Assembly: GCA_002298225.1 (NCBI GenBank)
Contig: DBMU01000036.1
Location: 60,027-124,026 of the forward strand
Source of the DNA: Bryobacterales bacterium UBA690
Lineage (GTDB): Bacteria; Acidobacteriota; Terriglobia; Bryobacterales; Bryobacteraceae
Direction: 5' to 3'
Length of the DNA: 64,000 nucleotides
Shown here: in pieces, positions 37,082 to 45,872 of the stretch
Layout: the number at the start of each line of letters is the position of its first letter
Position numbering within the stretch: the stretch's first letter is position 1
The notes under the pieces: generated by a model
Told to the model about the DNA's origin: nothing
Seen by the model: the letters and a program-made list of their open reading frames with translations, nothing else
The model's database searches: none
Position numbers and translations under genes: made by a program

Positions 37082-38196
37082 GACACCCGCTCCCTCGACT
37101 CCTGCACGCCGCCAATGTGCACCAGTTCCCACGGATGATGCGCGGGCTTCAACGCCTCCAGGTCCGCGGCCGCCTGCGGATCCTCGTACTTCGCGAACGT
37201 CGCCTTGATGGTGGCGAGAAAACCCTTCCACGAATTGAACGTGTCGTGCACCGCCGTCGCCTCGTATCCGCTGTGCATCATGCAATTCGCGCACTTCGGA
37301 TTGCCGGACTCCGTCCCGTACTGCTCCCACTCCGTCGCTTCCATCAACTCCTGGAACGTGTCGGCGTATCCGTCCTGCATCACGTAACACGGCTTCTGCC
37401 AGCCGAACAGATTATACGTCGGCATGCCCCACGGCGTGCACGCATAGTCGCGCTTCCCCATCAGGTATTCGAGGAAAAGCGGCGATAGGTTGAACACCCA
37501 TTCTTTCTTGCGGTTCGACAAGATCAGCCGGAACAGGCTGCGTGTGCGATCCTTGCCGAGCCACTGCTCCTGGTTCGGCGCCTTGTCGTACGCATAGCCC
37601 GGCGAGAGCATCATCCCCTCCACGCCAAGCGCCATCATTTCGTCGAAGAATGCTCGGACGCTCTTCGGATCCGCGCCGTCGAACAGCGTCGTGTTCGTCG
37701 TCACGCGGAAGCCGCGCCGCACGGCCTCGCGGATGCCCTCCACCGCCTGCTCGTACCCGCCTTCCTTGCACACCGAAAAGTCGTGGTGCTCCTTCTCGCC
37801 ATCCACGTGCACGGAGAACGTCAGATACTTGCTCGGCTTGAACTGCCCGATCTTCTCCTTCAGCAGCAGCGCGTTCGTACAAAGGTAGATGTACTTCTTC
37901 CGCGCCACCAGCCCTTCGACGATCTCCGCGATCTGCGGGTGCATCAGCGGCTCCCCGCCCGGAATGCTCACCATCGGCGCGCCACACTCGTCCACGGCCT
38001 TGAAGCACTCCTCCGGCGGCATGTTCTGCTTCAGCACGTGCGCCGGATACTGGATCTTGCCGCAGCCCGCGCATGCCAGGTTGCAGCGGAACAGCGGTTC
38101 CAGCATCAGCACCAGCGGATACCGCTCACGCCCCTGCATTCTCTGCTTCAGGACGTAAGTCGCTACCGTCCACATCTGTGAAATTGGAATCGCCAT
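37078..38196 (-). CDS. hpnH: Hopanoid biosynthesis radical SAM protein HpnH (adenosylhopane synthase)
   Basis: Radical [12 protein letters not shown] and the conserved HpnH N-terminus [42 protein letters not shown]. Confidence 0.8.
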   Translation of the reverse strand: MAIPISQMWTVATYVLKQRMQGRERYPLVLMLEPLFRCNLACAGCGKIQYPAHVLKQNMPPEECFKAVDECGAPMVSIPGGEPLMHPQIAEIVEGLVARKKYIYLCTNALLLKEKIGQFKPSKYLTFSVHVDGEKEHHDFSVCKEGGYEQAVEGIREAVRRGFRVTTNTTLFDGADPKSVRAFFDEMMALGVEGMMLSPGYAYDKAPNQEQWLGKDRTRSLFRLILSNRKKEWVFNLSPLFLEYLMGKRDYACTPWGMPTYNLFGWQKPCYVMQDGYADTFQELMEATEWEQYGTESGNPKCANCMMHSGYEATAVHDTFNSWKGFLATIKATFAKYEDPQAAADLEALKPAHHPWELVHIGGVQESRERVS

Positions 38197-38211
38197 GAGT
38201 GTTCCAGACGA

Positions 38212-38230
38212 GATTCGCGAACGCGAATTC
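38212..38230. promoter_or_regulatory. Palindrome ATTCGCG-AA-CGCGAAT in the hpnH/tetR divergent region (candidate TetR operator)
   Basis: Perfect 7-bp arms. Located 16 bp upstream of the hpnH start on the opposite strand and about 48 bp upstream of the tetR start. Confidence 0.4.
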
Positions 38231-38277
38231 TCTTTCGCTTTTTACCATCCGGACTGTCATAATGTCAATTCAGGTCC

Positions 38278-38901
38278 ATGCCCCGTACGCAGTCCTCATC
38301 CGAGCCGTCCGTTCGCCGCAAGCCCGTCCAGGAGCGCAGCGCCGGCACCGTCGAAAGCATCTTCGACGCAGCTTCGCGCCTCCTCACGCGCATCCCCTTC
38401 GAAGAAGTCACCACCAGCCGCATCGCCGCCGAAGCGGGCATCTCGGTCGGCGCCCTTTACCGTTTCTTCCCCGACAAGCAGTCAATTATCGACGCCGTCG
38501 CCGTCCGTCGCATGGACGAGTTCCGTACCGCCATGACCGCGGTCCTCGCCCGCTCTGCGCTCTCTTCCGGCCCCGTCTTCCTCGAGCGCATGATCGACGC
38601 CTACGTCGACTTCCTCGACCGCTATCCCGATTTCCGCACCCTCGCCCTGGGCGGCCACATCAGCGCGCTCACCCGCGAAAAGCAAACCCGCCCCGGCGCC
38701 GGACCCGCCGGACTCCTCCGCTGGTTCATGCGCAAGCGCCTCGGCGCGAAAGATAACGCCGCACTCGATCTCAAACTGCAAATGGCCATCGAAACCGGCG
38801 AGCGCCTCATCGCCTACGCCTACTCCCAGCCCACTGCCGCCGCGCGCGTCCGCATCCTCGGCGAACTCAAACGCATGCTCGCCGGATACCTATTTTCCTG
38901 A
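38278..38901 (+). CDS. TetR/AcrR family transcriptional regulator
   Basis: HTH FEEVTTSRIAAEAGISVGALYRFFPDKQSII. Divergent from hpnH. Confidence 0.8.
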   Translation: MPRTQSSSEPSVRRKPVQERSAGTVESIFDAASRLLTRIPFEEVTTSRIAAEAGISVGALYRFFPDKQSIIDAVAVRRMDEFRTAMTAVLARSALSSGPVFLERMIDAYVDFLDRYPDFRTLALGGHISALTREKQTRPGAGPAGLLRWFMRKRLGAKDNAALDLKLQMAIETGERLIAYAYSQPTAAARVRILGELKRMLAGYLFS

Positions 38902-39774
38902 AGCCGCCTCGATCCGCCTCCGCTCTTCTTCAGTGATCCGCAGAAAGCTGCCGTGCTTGCAGTGTTCAGGGAAGCTCATCTCGCCCGTCACGTCCTCCCA
39001 CGTCCTCATGTCCCTTGACCGCATCGCCTCATACCGCAGCGGCGGCCGGTAGTGATCGTAATAGACGATGACACTGTCTCCGATCTTCAACGCCGACGGC
39101 CCCTCCGACCACGACGGTGTGAACGGCCGGCTCACCTGCCCCCAGGGCCCCATCAATGACGGCCCCTCGGCGATCTTCAGAGACTTCCGCAGCGGCGCCG
39201 CACGTTCGTCTTTGAACACCAGGTAGTACTTCTCCCCATCGCGGAGGATCGTCCCGTCGATCGCCATGTAGCCCATGTCGAAGTACACCTTCGGCTCGCT
39301 GAACGTCTGGAAGTCCTCCGTCGTCGCGTAGTAGAGCCGGTTGCCGTAGTGCCGCTCTTCGATGACGCTCGACCAGATCACCAGCCAGTGCTTCTTCGAC
39401 TCGTCCCAATAGATCTCTGGAGCCCACGTGTTCTTCGCGCCGGTGCCCCGCATGATCGGAATCTCGCGCTGCTCGGACCAGTGCACCAGGTCCTTCGAAT
39501 GTGCGCACCCGAGCGTCTGCCCGCGCCACGCCCACGTCCACACCATTTGGAATTCGCCATCAGGACCGCGAGTCACAAATGGATCGCGCATCAGCTCATT
39601 CGCGCGCTGGATGCCGATCCACGGCTTGCCGCCGTTGAGCTCCTTCCACTTGTATCCGTCATCGCTGACCGCATAAAACGCCCCCATGTTCGCAGGTTCG
39701 CGAAAGTACACGAACAGGAACGACTCGCCCGCAGTCGCGGGCAACACAGCCAGCGCCAGCATCGCCCATCTCAT
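38890..39774 (-). CDS. GH43-like beta-propeller hydrolase, secreted (paralog of 27077-28108)
   Basis: Signal peptide MRWAMLALAVLPATAG. RDPFV and NTWAPEIYWDESKKHWLVIW motifs. Confidence 0.5.
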   Translation of the reverse strand: MRWAMLALAVLPATAGESFLFVYFREPANMGAFYAVSDDGYKWKELNGGKPWIGIQRANELMRDPFVTRGPDGEFQMVWTWAWRGQTLGCAHSKDLVHWSEQREIPIMRGTGAKNTWAPEIYWDESKKHWLVIWSSVIEERHYGNRLYYATTEDFQTFSEPKVYFDMGYMAIDGTILRDGEKYYLVFKDERAAPLRKSLKIAEGPSLMGPWGQVSRPFTPSWSEGPSALKIGDSVIVYYDHYRPPLRYEAMRSRDMRTWEDVTGEMSFPEHCKHGSFLRITEEERRRIEAASGK

Positions 39775-39806
39775 GACCAATGACTTTATACGATAGATGG
39801 AATCGA

Positions 39807-40610
39807 ATGAACCGCCAGGCCTTCATCGCGGCACTGCTCACTCCCAGCACTTTCAGGCACTACGTCGATACCTTCAACTCGACGTACCCCGAAGACGTCG
39901 TCAACCTCATCCGTGACTCAGAGGCCGCCGCTTGGATGTCACGCAACATCCCGCTCTTCACCTGCCCCGCTCGCGACTTCGAGCTCAATTGGTATTACCG
40001 CTGGTGGACCCTTCGCAAGCACATCAAGCAGCCTCCTGACGGCATCATCATCACCGAGTTCCTAACACCCGTCAGCCACGCCGCCATCCCGGCTTCCGCA
40101 TCGCCTACGACGGCGACGACTGCCAGTGGAACGGCCCGAGTTGGCCCTTCGCAACCACCATCACCTTGCGCGCCCTCGCCAACGTGGTCTCCGTCAACAG
40201 GCGCGGCTACTTCGAGACGCTTCGCCTCTACACTCGCAGCCAGCGCAGGAGGCTCGACGACGGGCGCGTCGTCCCGTGGATCGGCGAGAACCTGAACCCC
40301 TTCACCGGCGAGTGGCTCGCCCGCGAACGCAAACGCCGCAAGCTCAATTTCACCGGTCGCGGCGATCACTACAACCACACCGGCTACTTCGACCTCATCA
40401 TCACCGGACTCTACGGACTGCGGGCCCGCGCCGACGACACCGTCGAAGTTAACCCGCTGCTCCCGCCCGCCACTTCGGACTGGTTCTGTCTCGATCGCGT
40501 CCCTTAGCACGGCCGCCTTCTCACCATCCTCTGGGACCGCACCGGTGCGAAATTCTCCCGCGGCCGCGGCCTGGTCATATACGCCGCTATCGCGAACTCG
40601 CGCGCGGCTC
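39807..40610 (+). pseudogene. Disrupted glycoside hydrolase gene: -1 frameshift near 40085 and in-frame TAG at 40505
   Basis: Frame 0 reads a protein-like sequence to ...EFLTPVSHAAIP and then degenerates. Frame +2 continues as HPGFRIAYDGDDCQWNGPSWPFATTITLRALANVV...EVNPLLPPATSDWFCLDRVP-TAG-HGRLLTILWDRTGAKFSRGRGLVIYA. Confidence 0.5.
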
Positions 40611-40675
40611 CGAACTGCGACGACTCACCGCGCGGTTGTAGAATATTCAGATCCCTTCCGCCAAGGACTCGACGC

Positions 40676-41917
40676 ATGCACAGTCCCTCGGCCCAGCTGT
40701 CCTTCCGACAGGTGCTCGCCATTCCTTCTGTGCGACGACTCTGGATCGCGCAGCTCATCAGCGTCTTCGGTGACTTCCTCGCCATCTTCGCGGTTTTCAG
40801 CGTCGTCACCTTCAACTTCCACGGCACGCCCACTCAGGTGAGCCTGATCCTCATCTCGTTCCTGACGCCGCTGGCGATCATCAGCCCTATCGCCGGCGTC
40901 TATGTCGACAAGTGGAACGTCAAAGCGACAATGATCGCCAGCGACCTCATCCGCGGCGTGCTCATCCTGATCCTGGTCTTCGCCAAGGACCTGAACACCA
41001 TCTACGGCGTCTTCGTGCTGCTGAGCGCGGTCTCCAGTTTCTTCATCCCCGCACAGGCGGTTGCCGTTCGCACCATCACTCCGCCCACTGGGTTGCTCGC
41101 GGCGAACGCCCTCATGTCGCAAGCCATTCAAAGCATGCAGATCATCGCCCCCGCGCTCGCCGGTCTGCTGGTGCAGTGGGTCGGCGCAAACGCCTGCTTC
41201 ATTTTCGACAGCGCAAGCTTCTTCTTCTCCGCAGCCATGTTGTCGGCGATTACGATCGACCGCGCTCCCATTTCCGCCGAGCATGCGGCGCGGACGGTCT
41301 TCTCTTCGCTGAAGCAGGGCGTGACGTTCATCTTCACGCACAGTGCCATTTCATTCGTCGTCATCGCGATGACGACGGGCATGTTCGCGGTGCGCTGCTT
41401 CGGCGCGCTTCTCTCTGTATATGTGCGCGACGTGCTCGCCGCCGGCTCCGCCATATTCGGCGGTCTGAACTCTCTCATCGGTGTCGGCATGATCATCGCC
41501 AGCCAGATGCTGCCGCGACTGGTGCGCCGCGCCGGCCACGAGATGCTCGTCCTCTGCGGACTCGGCGGCATGGGCATCGCCGTCCTTGCCACCGCCACGT
41601 TCGGCAGGATCTCCGTCACCGCCGCAACCATGCTCGGCCTCGGCTTCTTCGCCGCATTCGTCATGATCCCTTCGCAGACGCTGCTGCAGCGCGAGACGCC
41701 GCAGGAGATGCTCGGCCGCGTCAGCAGCAGCCTCATGTCGCTGCTCGCCCTCTCGCAGGTGTTCGCAATGTTCGCCGCCGGACCCGTCGCGCAATCGGCC
41801 GGCATCCGCAATCTATATTTCGCCAGCGCGGCCATGCTGCTCACCATCGCGAGCATCGGCGGCTGGCTCCTGCAAGCAAGGAGATCCCGCAGCGCAGCCA
41901 CCGCGCCGCCGGACTAG
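40676..41917 (+). CDS. MFS transporter (EntS/YbdA-like)
   Basis: Twelve predicted TM helices, MFS motif region LISVFGDFLAIFAVFSVV. Confidence 0.8.
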   Translation: MHSPSAQLSFRQVLAIPSVRRLWIAQLISVFGDFLAIFAVFSVVTFNFHGTPTQVSLILISFLTPLAIISPIAGVYVDKWNVKATMIASDLIRGVLILILVFAKDLNTIYGVFVLLSAVSSFFIPAQAVAVRTITPPTGLLAANALMSQAIQSMQIIAPALAGLLVQWVGANACFIFDSASFFFSAAMLSAITIDRAPISAEHAARTVFSSLKQGVTFIFTHSAISFVVIAMTTGMFAVRCFGALLSVYVRDVLAAGSAIFGGLNSLIGVGMIIASQMLPRLVRRAGHEMLVLCGLGGMGIAVLATATFGRISVTAATMLGLGFFAAFVMIPSQTLLQRETPQEMLGRVSSSLMSLLALSQVFAMFAAGPVAQSAGIRNLYFASAAMLLTIASIGGWLLQARRSRSAATAPPD

Positions 41918-41920
41918 GGC

Positions 41921-42000
41921 CCACGCTACACCCGTTCCGCTGAAGTCGCACCGAATCCGTTACACCCGCTCGCTTCCGCTCGCGGCTCCAACTGCGGCAC
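41921..42000. repeat. REP-like intergenic element, copy C (inverted orientation, tandem half-sites)
   Basis: The reverse complement contains GCAGTTGGAGCCGCGAGCGGAAGCGAGCGGGTGTAACGGATTCGG ... GGAACGGGTGTAGCG. Located between the convergent MFS and flotillin genes. Confidence 0.55.
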
Positions 42001-42010
42001 AGCACGGTCC

Positions 42011-43810
42011 TCAGTTCTTCTTCACCAAGCGGCTCGCCAGCAGCGCCACCAGAGCCTCCGACGCCGATGACGCCTGGCCGTTCCCGCCGCCCGCCACCAG
42101 CACGTCGGGTGTCAGCCGGATGCCCTTGTCAGCAAGCGACGCAAAGATCTGCAGCAGTCCGTAGTACTCGCCCATCGCCTCCACACCCTTGCGTGCGGCT
42201 TCGGCTTTCGCCAGACCCACGGCCTGGATCGCGCGAGCCTCGTTCTCACCCTTGATGGCTATGATCTCCGCTTCTGCGGTGCCTTTCTTGCGAATCGCTT
42301 CTGATTCACCGGCCGCGCGCGTCGAGATCGCCGACGAGTCGCCCTCGGCCTGCCGCACCGTCGCCTGCGCCTTGCGCTGCGCGATGAGGATGTTCTGCTC
42401 CTCGTTCACCAACTCGCGCTGCTTCTCAGCCAGCGCTTTCTCAGCCTCCAGCGTCTTGCGCGTCTCCTGCGCCAGCCGCTCGGCTTCGTACGTCTTCTTC
42501 TGCTCCTCTGCGAGCTTGCGCGCGGTCAGTGTATCCATCAGCGCCTCAGGCGGCGTGATGTCGCCGATCAGCGAGTCGACGCTCTGCACGTCATACTCGG
42601 AGATCGCCCTGCTGATGTGCTCGCGCGCTTCGCGCTGCCGGTCGGAACGCGCCGACAGAAAGTCCAGCACTGTGTACGTCTGCGCCGAGTTGCGGAAGTA
42701 GTTGCCCACCAGCGGCTCCAGCACCTGGTTCACGAGGTTCTTCACGCTGCCCACGCGGCTGATCACCCACGGCGCCTTCGTCGCGCCGATGTTGATGATC
42801 TGGCTCACGTCCAGGTTGAACGTGAAGCCGTCGCGCGAGCGCACCGTGATTGTCGAGAGCTTTTCGTCGAGCTTGTGCGCCTCACTGCGCGCGTTGGCCC
42901 AGTTCAGCACGATGTTCGTCGTCGGCACCAGTTCCACGCGCATGCACTTCAAGTTCAGCGGATGCTTGCCGGGATACAGGGGGTCCGACCAGACGCCTTT
43001 GCCGCCGCGCGGCACGATGTTGCCGTGCGTGAATGTCTCACCGCTGATGTCCTTCTCGTCCGAGCCGACGAAACTCACCACGACGCCGACATGGCCGATG
43101 GGCACTTCGTACAACTCAGCGAGTTCCAACTCGAGAAACCACGGGTTGAGGTTGTACTGGCCGGCGAGGATGATCTGCTCCTGCAGGCCGCGGCAGCCGT
43201 TGTTGGCGATGAACAGGTCCGGCTCCTGAAAGTTCTTGTGCCCTTCTACCACCGGCGCAGCCATCTGCCCGCGCGGCATCGGAGCGCCGTCAAGACAAGT
43301 GATGATGCCCACCTTGTCCGGCGGCACTGTCGTCACGTCGCTCTTGAAGATGTCGAACAGGACGAGGTTGATGCGGTACATGCCAGCGGTGAGCACCCCG
43401 GTCTGTTTGCCCTTCTGGCCGCCGTTGCGCAGGAAAGCATCGGCATCCTGGAAGTTGTTGCAGTCCACCTTCTGCGCGAGGATGCGATCCGCGGGCAGCG
43501 GGTTGCCGTCCTTGGCCAGCACCAGTCCGATCTTGCCCGGCTCGATGGTCACCACGGGCTTCTTGTCCACTCGGTACATCCACGGCCAGAGCCAAAGGTG
43601 CAAGCCCGGCGCCAGGGTCATGGCCTGGTAGCCCGCTTCGCCGTTCAACGCGACGATCCGCCCCTGCGGCAGTTGCGTAGCGCTGATCTTCTTTACGACG
43701 TGCCCGACCTGGTCCTCCCGGATCAGGACCCATCCGAAAAGGAACTTGCTCAGAATCACCGCGCTGACCAGAATCAGGGCGGCAAGAACGTAGACCATAT
43801 AGCCATCCAT
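42011..43810 (-). CDS. SPFH/band-7 family protein (flotillin-like) with C-terminal EA-rich coiled coil
   Basis: N-terminal TM helix, SPFH core, then AEEQKKTYEAERLAQETRKTLEAEKALAEKQREL repeats. Confidence 0.8.
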   Translation of the reverse strand: MDGYMVYVLAALILVSAVILSKFLFGWVLIREDQVGHVVKKISATQLPQGRIVALNGEAGYQAMTLAPGLHLWLWPWMYRVDKKPVVTIEPGKIGLVLAKDGNPLPADRILAQKVDCNNFQDADAFLRNGGQKGKQTGVLTAGMYRINLVLFDIFKSDVTTVPPDKVGIITCLDGAPMPRGQMAAPVVEGHKNFQEPDLFIANNGCRGLQEQIILAGQYNLNPWFLELELAELYEVPIGHVGVVVSFVGSDEKDISGETFTHGNIVPRGGKGVWSDPLYPGKHPLNLKCMRVELVPTTNIVLNWANARSEAHKLDEKLSTITVRSRDGFTFNLDVSQIINIGATKAPWVISRVGSVKNLVNQVLEPLVGNYFRNSAQTYTVLDFLSARSDRQREAREHISRAISEYDVQSVDSLIGDITPPEALMDTLTARKLAEEQKKTYEAERLAQETRKTLEAEKALAEKQRELVNEEQNILIAQRKAQATVRQAEGDSSAISTRAAGESEAIRKKGTAEAEIIAIKGENEARAIQAVGLAKAEAARKGVEAMGEYYGLLQIFASLADKGIRLTPDVLVAGGGNGQASSASEALVALLASRLVKKN

Positions 43811-44061
43811 GGCTCCTCCTGCAAATACACAAACACCGCAAATTGTTTGAAAGGGAATCCGCTCCCGTGTCGGCGGCGGGACCGCCGCTCTCTATGGAAG
43901 CGTCACTCGGTTGGTCATCATGGCCTGCCGGACCCGCTCTCGCGGACCGGCCTCCATGACCATATACGAAATTTTCCCCCGCGTGTTCCATGAAGAACCG
44001 GAGAATTGGAATTAACCGCAAGTCTGCGTAGAATGGGCGCAAACCTGACATCGAGGGGTTC

Positions 44062-45102
44062 ATGCTGCATACAAAGCTGACGGCCATCTACCGCCTCGAT
44101 CTGCCGCTTGTTTCCGCCGGCATGGAATTCATCACCGTCCCTCCGCTGGCTGCGGCCGTTTCCGAAGCAGGCGGATTGGGCCTGCTGGCGGCCGGACCTT
44201 CGCCTCCGGAAATCCTCCGCCGGTCGATCGGCGACACGCGCCGGCTCACCGCGCGTCCCTTCGGCGTGAGCCTTGTCGTGGAAAACACCGCCTTCGGTCC
44301 CCTGGCGCAGGACGCGCACATCGACGCCTGCATCGAAGAACATATTCCAGTAGTTGTGTTCTCTTGGAATCTGCCTCCCAACGGATGGATCCGCCGGTTG
44401 AAGGGCGCCGGCACGCGGGTGTGGTTCCAGACCGGATCCATCGACGAGGCGCGGAAGGCCGTGCTTGCGGGCATCGACGCTCTTATCTGCCAGGGGGCGG
44501 AAGCGGGCGGCCACAACAGTGGCACTGCCGGTTTGTTCACGCTGCTGCCGGCGATGGTCGATACGGTCCCGGTGCCAGTCATTGCGGCGGGCGGCATCGC
44601 CGACGGCCGCGGCGTCGCAGCCGCCCTCGCGCTCGGCGCGGAAGGAGTCTGTCTCGGCACCCGCCTGATTGCCACCATCGAGGCCAACGCGCACGACGAG
44701 TACAAGCGCCGCATCGTCACATCCCGCGAAACCGACATCGCCCGCACCTGCATCTTCGGCCCCGAGTGGCCCGACGCGCCCATGCGCGTGATCCGCAACC
44801 GTGTGGTTCGCGAATACGAACACCACAACACCAGCACGCCGCCGCACCCCGATCCGCCCGAATCCATCGGCAGAACGCTCCTCAACGGCAAGCCCTATCT
44901 CATGCCCAAGTTCTCCGCAGTGCTTCCCACGCAGGACACCTCGGGCGATTACGAGGAGATGTGCCTGGCCGCGGGCGAATCCGCCGCGCTCGTGCACGAC
45001 ATCCGCCCGGCGGGGAACGTGGTCCGCGAAATCATCGCGCAAGCCGAGCAGATCATCGCCGGCCGGCTCACGGCACTCGCGGCCACTGTGGCGAATCGCT
45101 GA
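44062..45102 (+). CDS. Nitronate monooxygenase / NAD(P)H-dependent flavin oxidoreductase
   Basis: LPLVSAGMEFITVPPLAAAVSEAGGLGLL and GAEAGGH motifs of the NMO family. Confidence 0.8.
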   Translation: MLHTKLTAIYRLDLPLVSAGMEFITVPPLAAAVSEAGGLGLLAAGPSPPEILRRSIGDTRRLTARPFGVSLVVENTAFGPLAQDAHIDACIEEHIPVVVFSWNLPPNGWIRRLKGAGTRVWFQTGSIDEARKAVLAGIDALICQGAEAGGHNSGTAGLFTLLPAMVDTVPVPVIAAGGIADGRGVAAALALGAEGVCLGTRLIATIEANAHDEYKRRIVTSRETDIARTCIFGPEWPDAPMRVIRNRVVREYEHHNTSTPPHPDPPESIGRTLLNGKPYLMPKFSAVLPTQDTSGDYEEMCLAAGESAALVHDIRPAGNVVREIIAQAEQIIAGRLTALAATVANR

Positions 45103-45168
45103 CCATTGCCAAGCGTATGATCGGGCTTCCATGCGCGCCGCTCCGCTGGGCAAACTCGCACGAGCGGC

Positions 45169-45807
45169 CTAGTGGCCGCACTCGCACGCCTGTCCGCGCA
45201 GTCCTGCGATCCCTTCCTTCACGATGATCGGGACCATCACGATGCCGGCGAGGGGATCCGCCCACCACCAGCCCACCGTTGCGTTGAGCAGCAGACCACC
45301 GAGCAGGATCGCCGACAAAAAACTGCAGAGCTGCGTCTGCTTCGAGTCCGCCACCATTGCGGCACTGTTCAGCTCACGGCCCACGGCGCGCTTCTTTCTC
45401 GACAGTACCGGCATGACGATCAGCGAAGCGCACGCCAGTACGATGCCGGGGATTGAACGGTCCGGAGCCTCGCGCGTGATCAGTTTCTCAGCCGCCTCGT
45501 ATCCGACATAGGCAGCGAGGATCAGAAAGGACCAGCCGATGAGGCGCAGCGCGCGCCTCTCGAACTCATCGCGCCGGCAGTGGCTGTCCTGCCGCAACCG
45601 CCAGAGCATGATGCAGCCGGAGATGCTCTCGATGACCGAGTCGACGCCGAAGCCGATCAGCGCAATGCTGCCCGCCACGAGTCCTGAGGTGATGGACACC
45701 AGAGCCTCGACGACGTTGTAGCCCAGCGTGATGTACTCCAGCCGCAGGCCGCGCCGGACCTGCACCTCTCGACTCGCTGCGGTTCCCGTCGCTACGGAGA
45801 ATTGCAT
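45169..45807 (-). CDS. Cation diffusion facilitator-like membrane protein (transmembrane domain only, Cys/His-rich C-terminus)
   Basis: Cation_efflux TM signature. Ends GQACECGH. Lacks the cytoplasmic C-terminal domain of full-length CDFs. Confidence 0.55.
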   Translation of the reverse strand: MQFSVATGTAASREVQVRRGLRLEYITLGYNVVEALVSITSGLVAGSIALIGFGVDSVIESISGCIMLWRLRQDSHCRRDEFERRALRLIGWSFLILAAYVGYEAAEKLITREAPDRSIPGIVLACASLIVMPVLSRKKRAVGRELNSAAMVADSKQTQLCSFLSAILLGGLLLNATVGWWWADPLAGIVMVPIIVKEGIAGLRGQACECGH

Positions 45808-45872
45808 TCAACTCTATTGTCCAACGCGCGGTAACTGGACCTCGGTATCCTATTCTCGGAAGGTTTCTCACC

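Noticed and set aside
39780-39806. ATG at 39780 as start of the disrupted GH gene
   Set aside because: The first nine codons are AT-rich, unlike the rest. ATG at 39807 is the more likely initiation site. The point is moot given the downstream frameshift.
43290-45153. Minus-strand ORFs (265 and 411 aa) overlapping the flotillin and NMO genes
   Set aside because: Antisense shadow ORFs of well-supported genes. Their composition is biased and they have no motifs.
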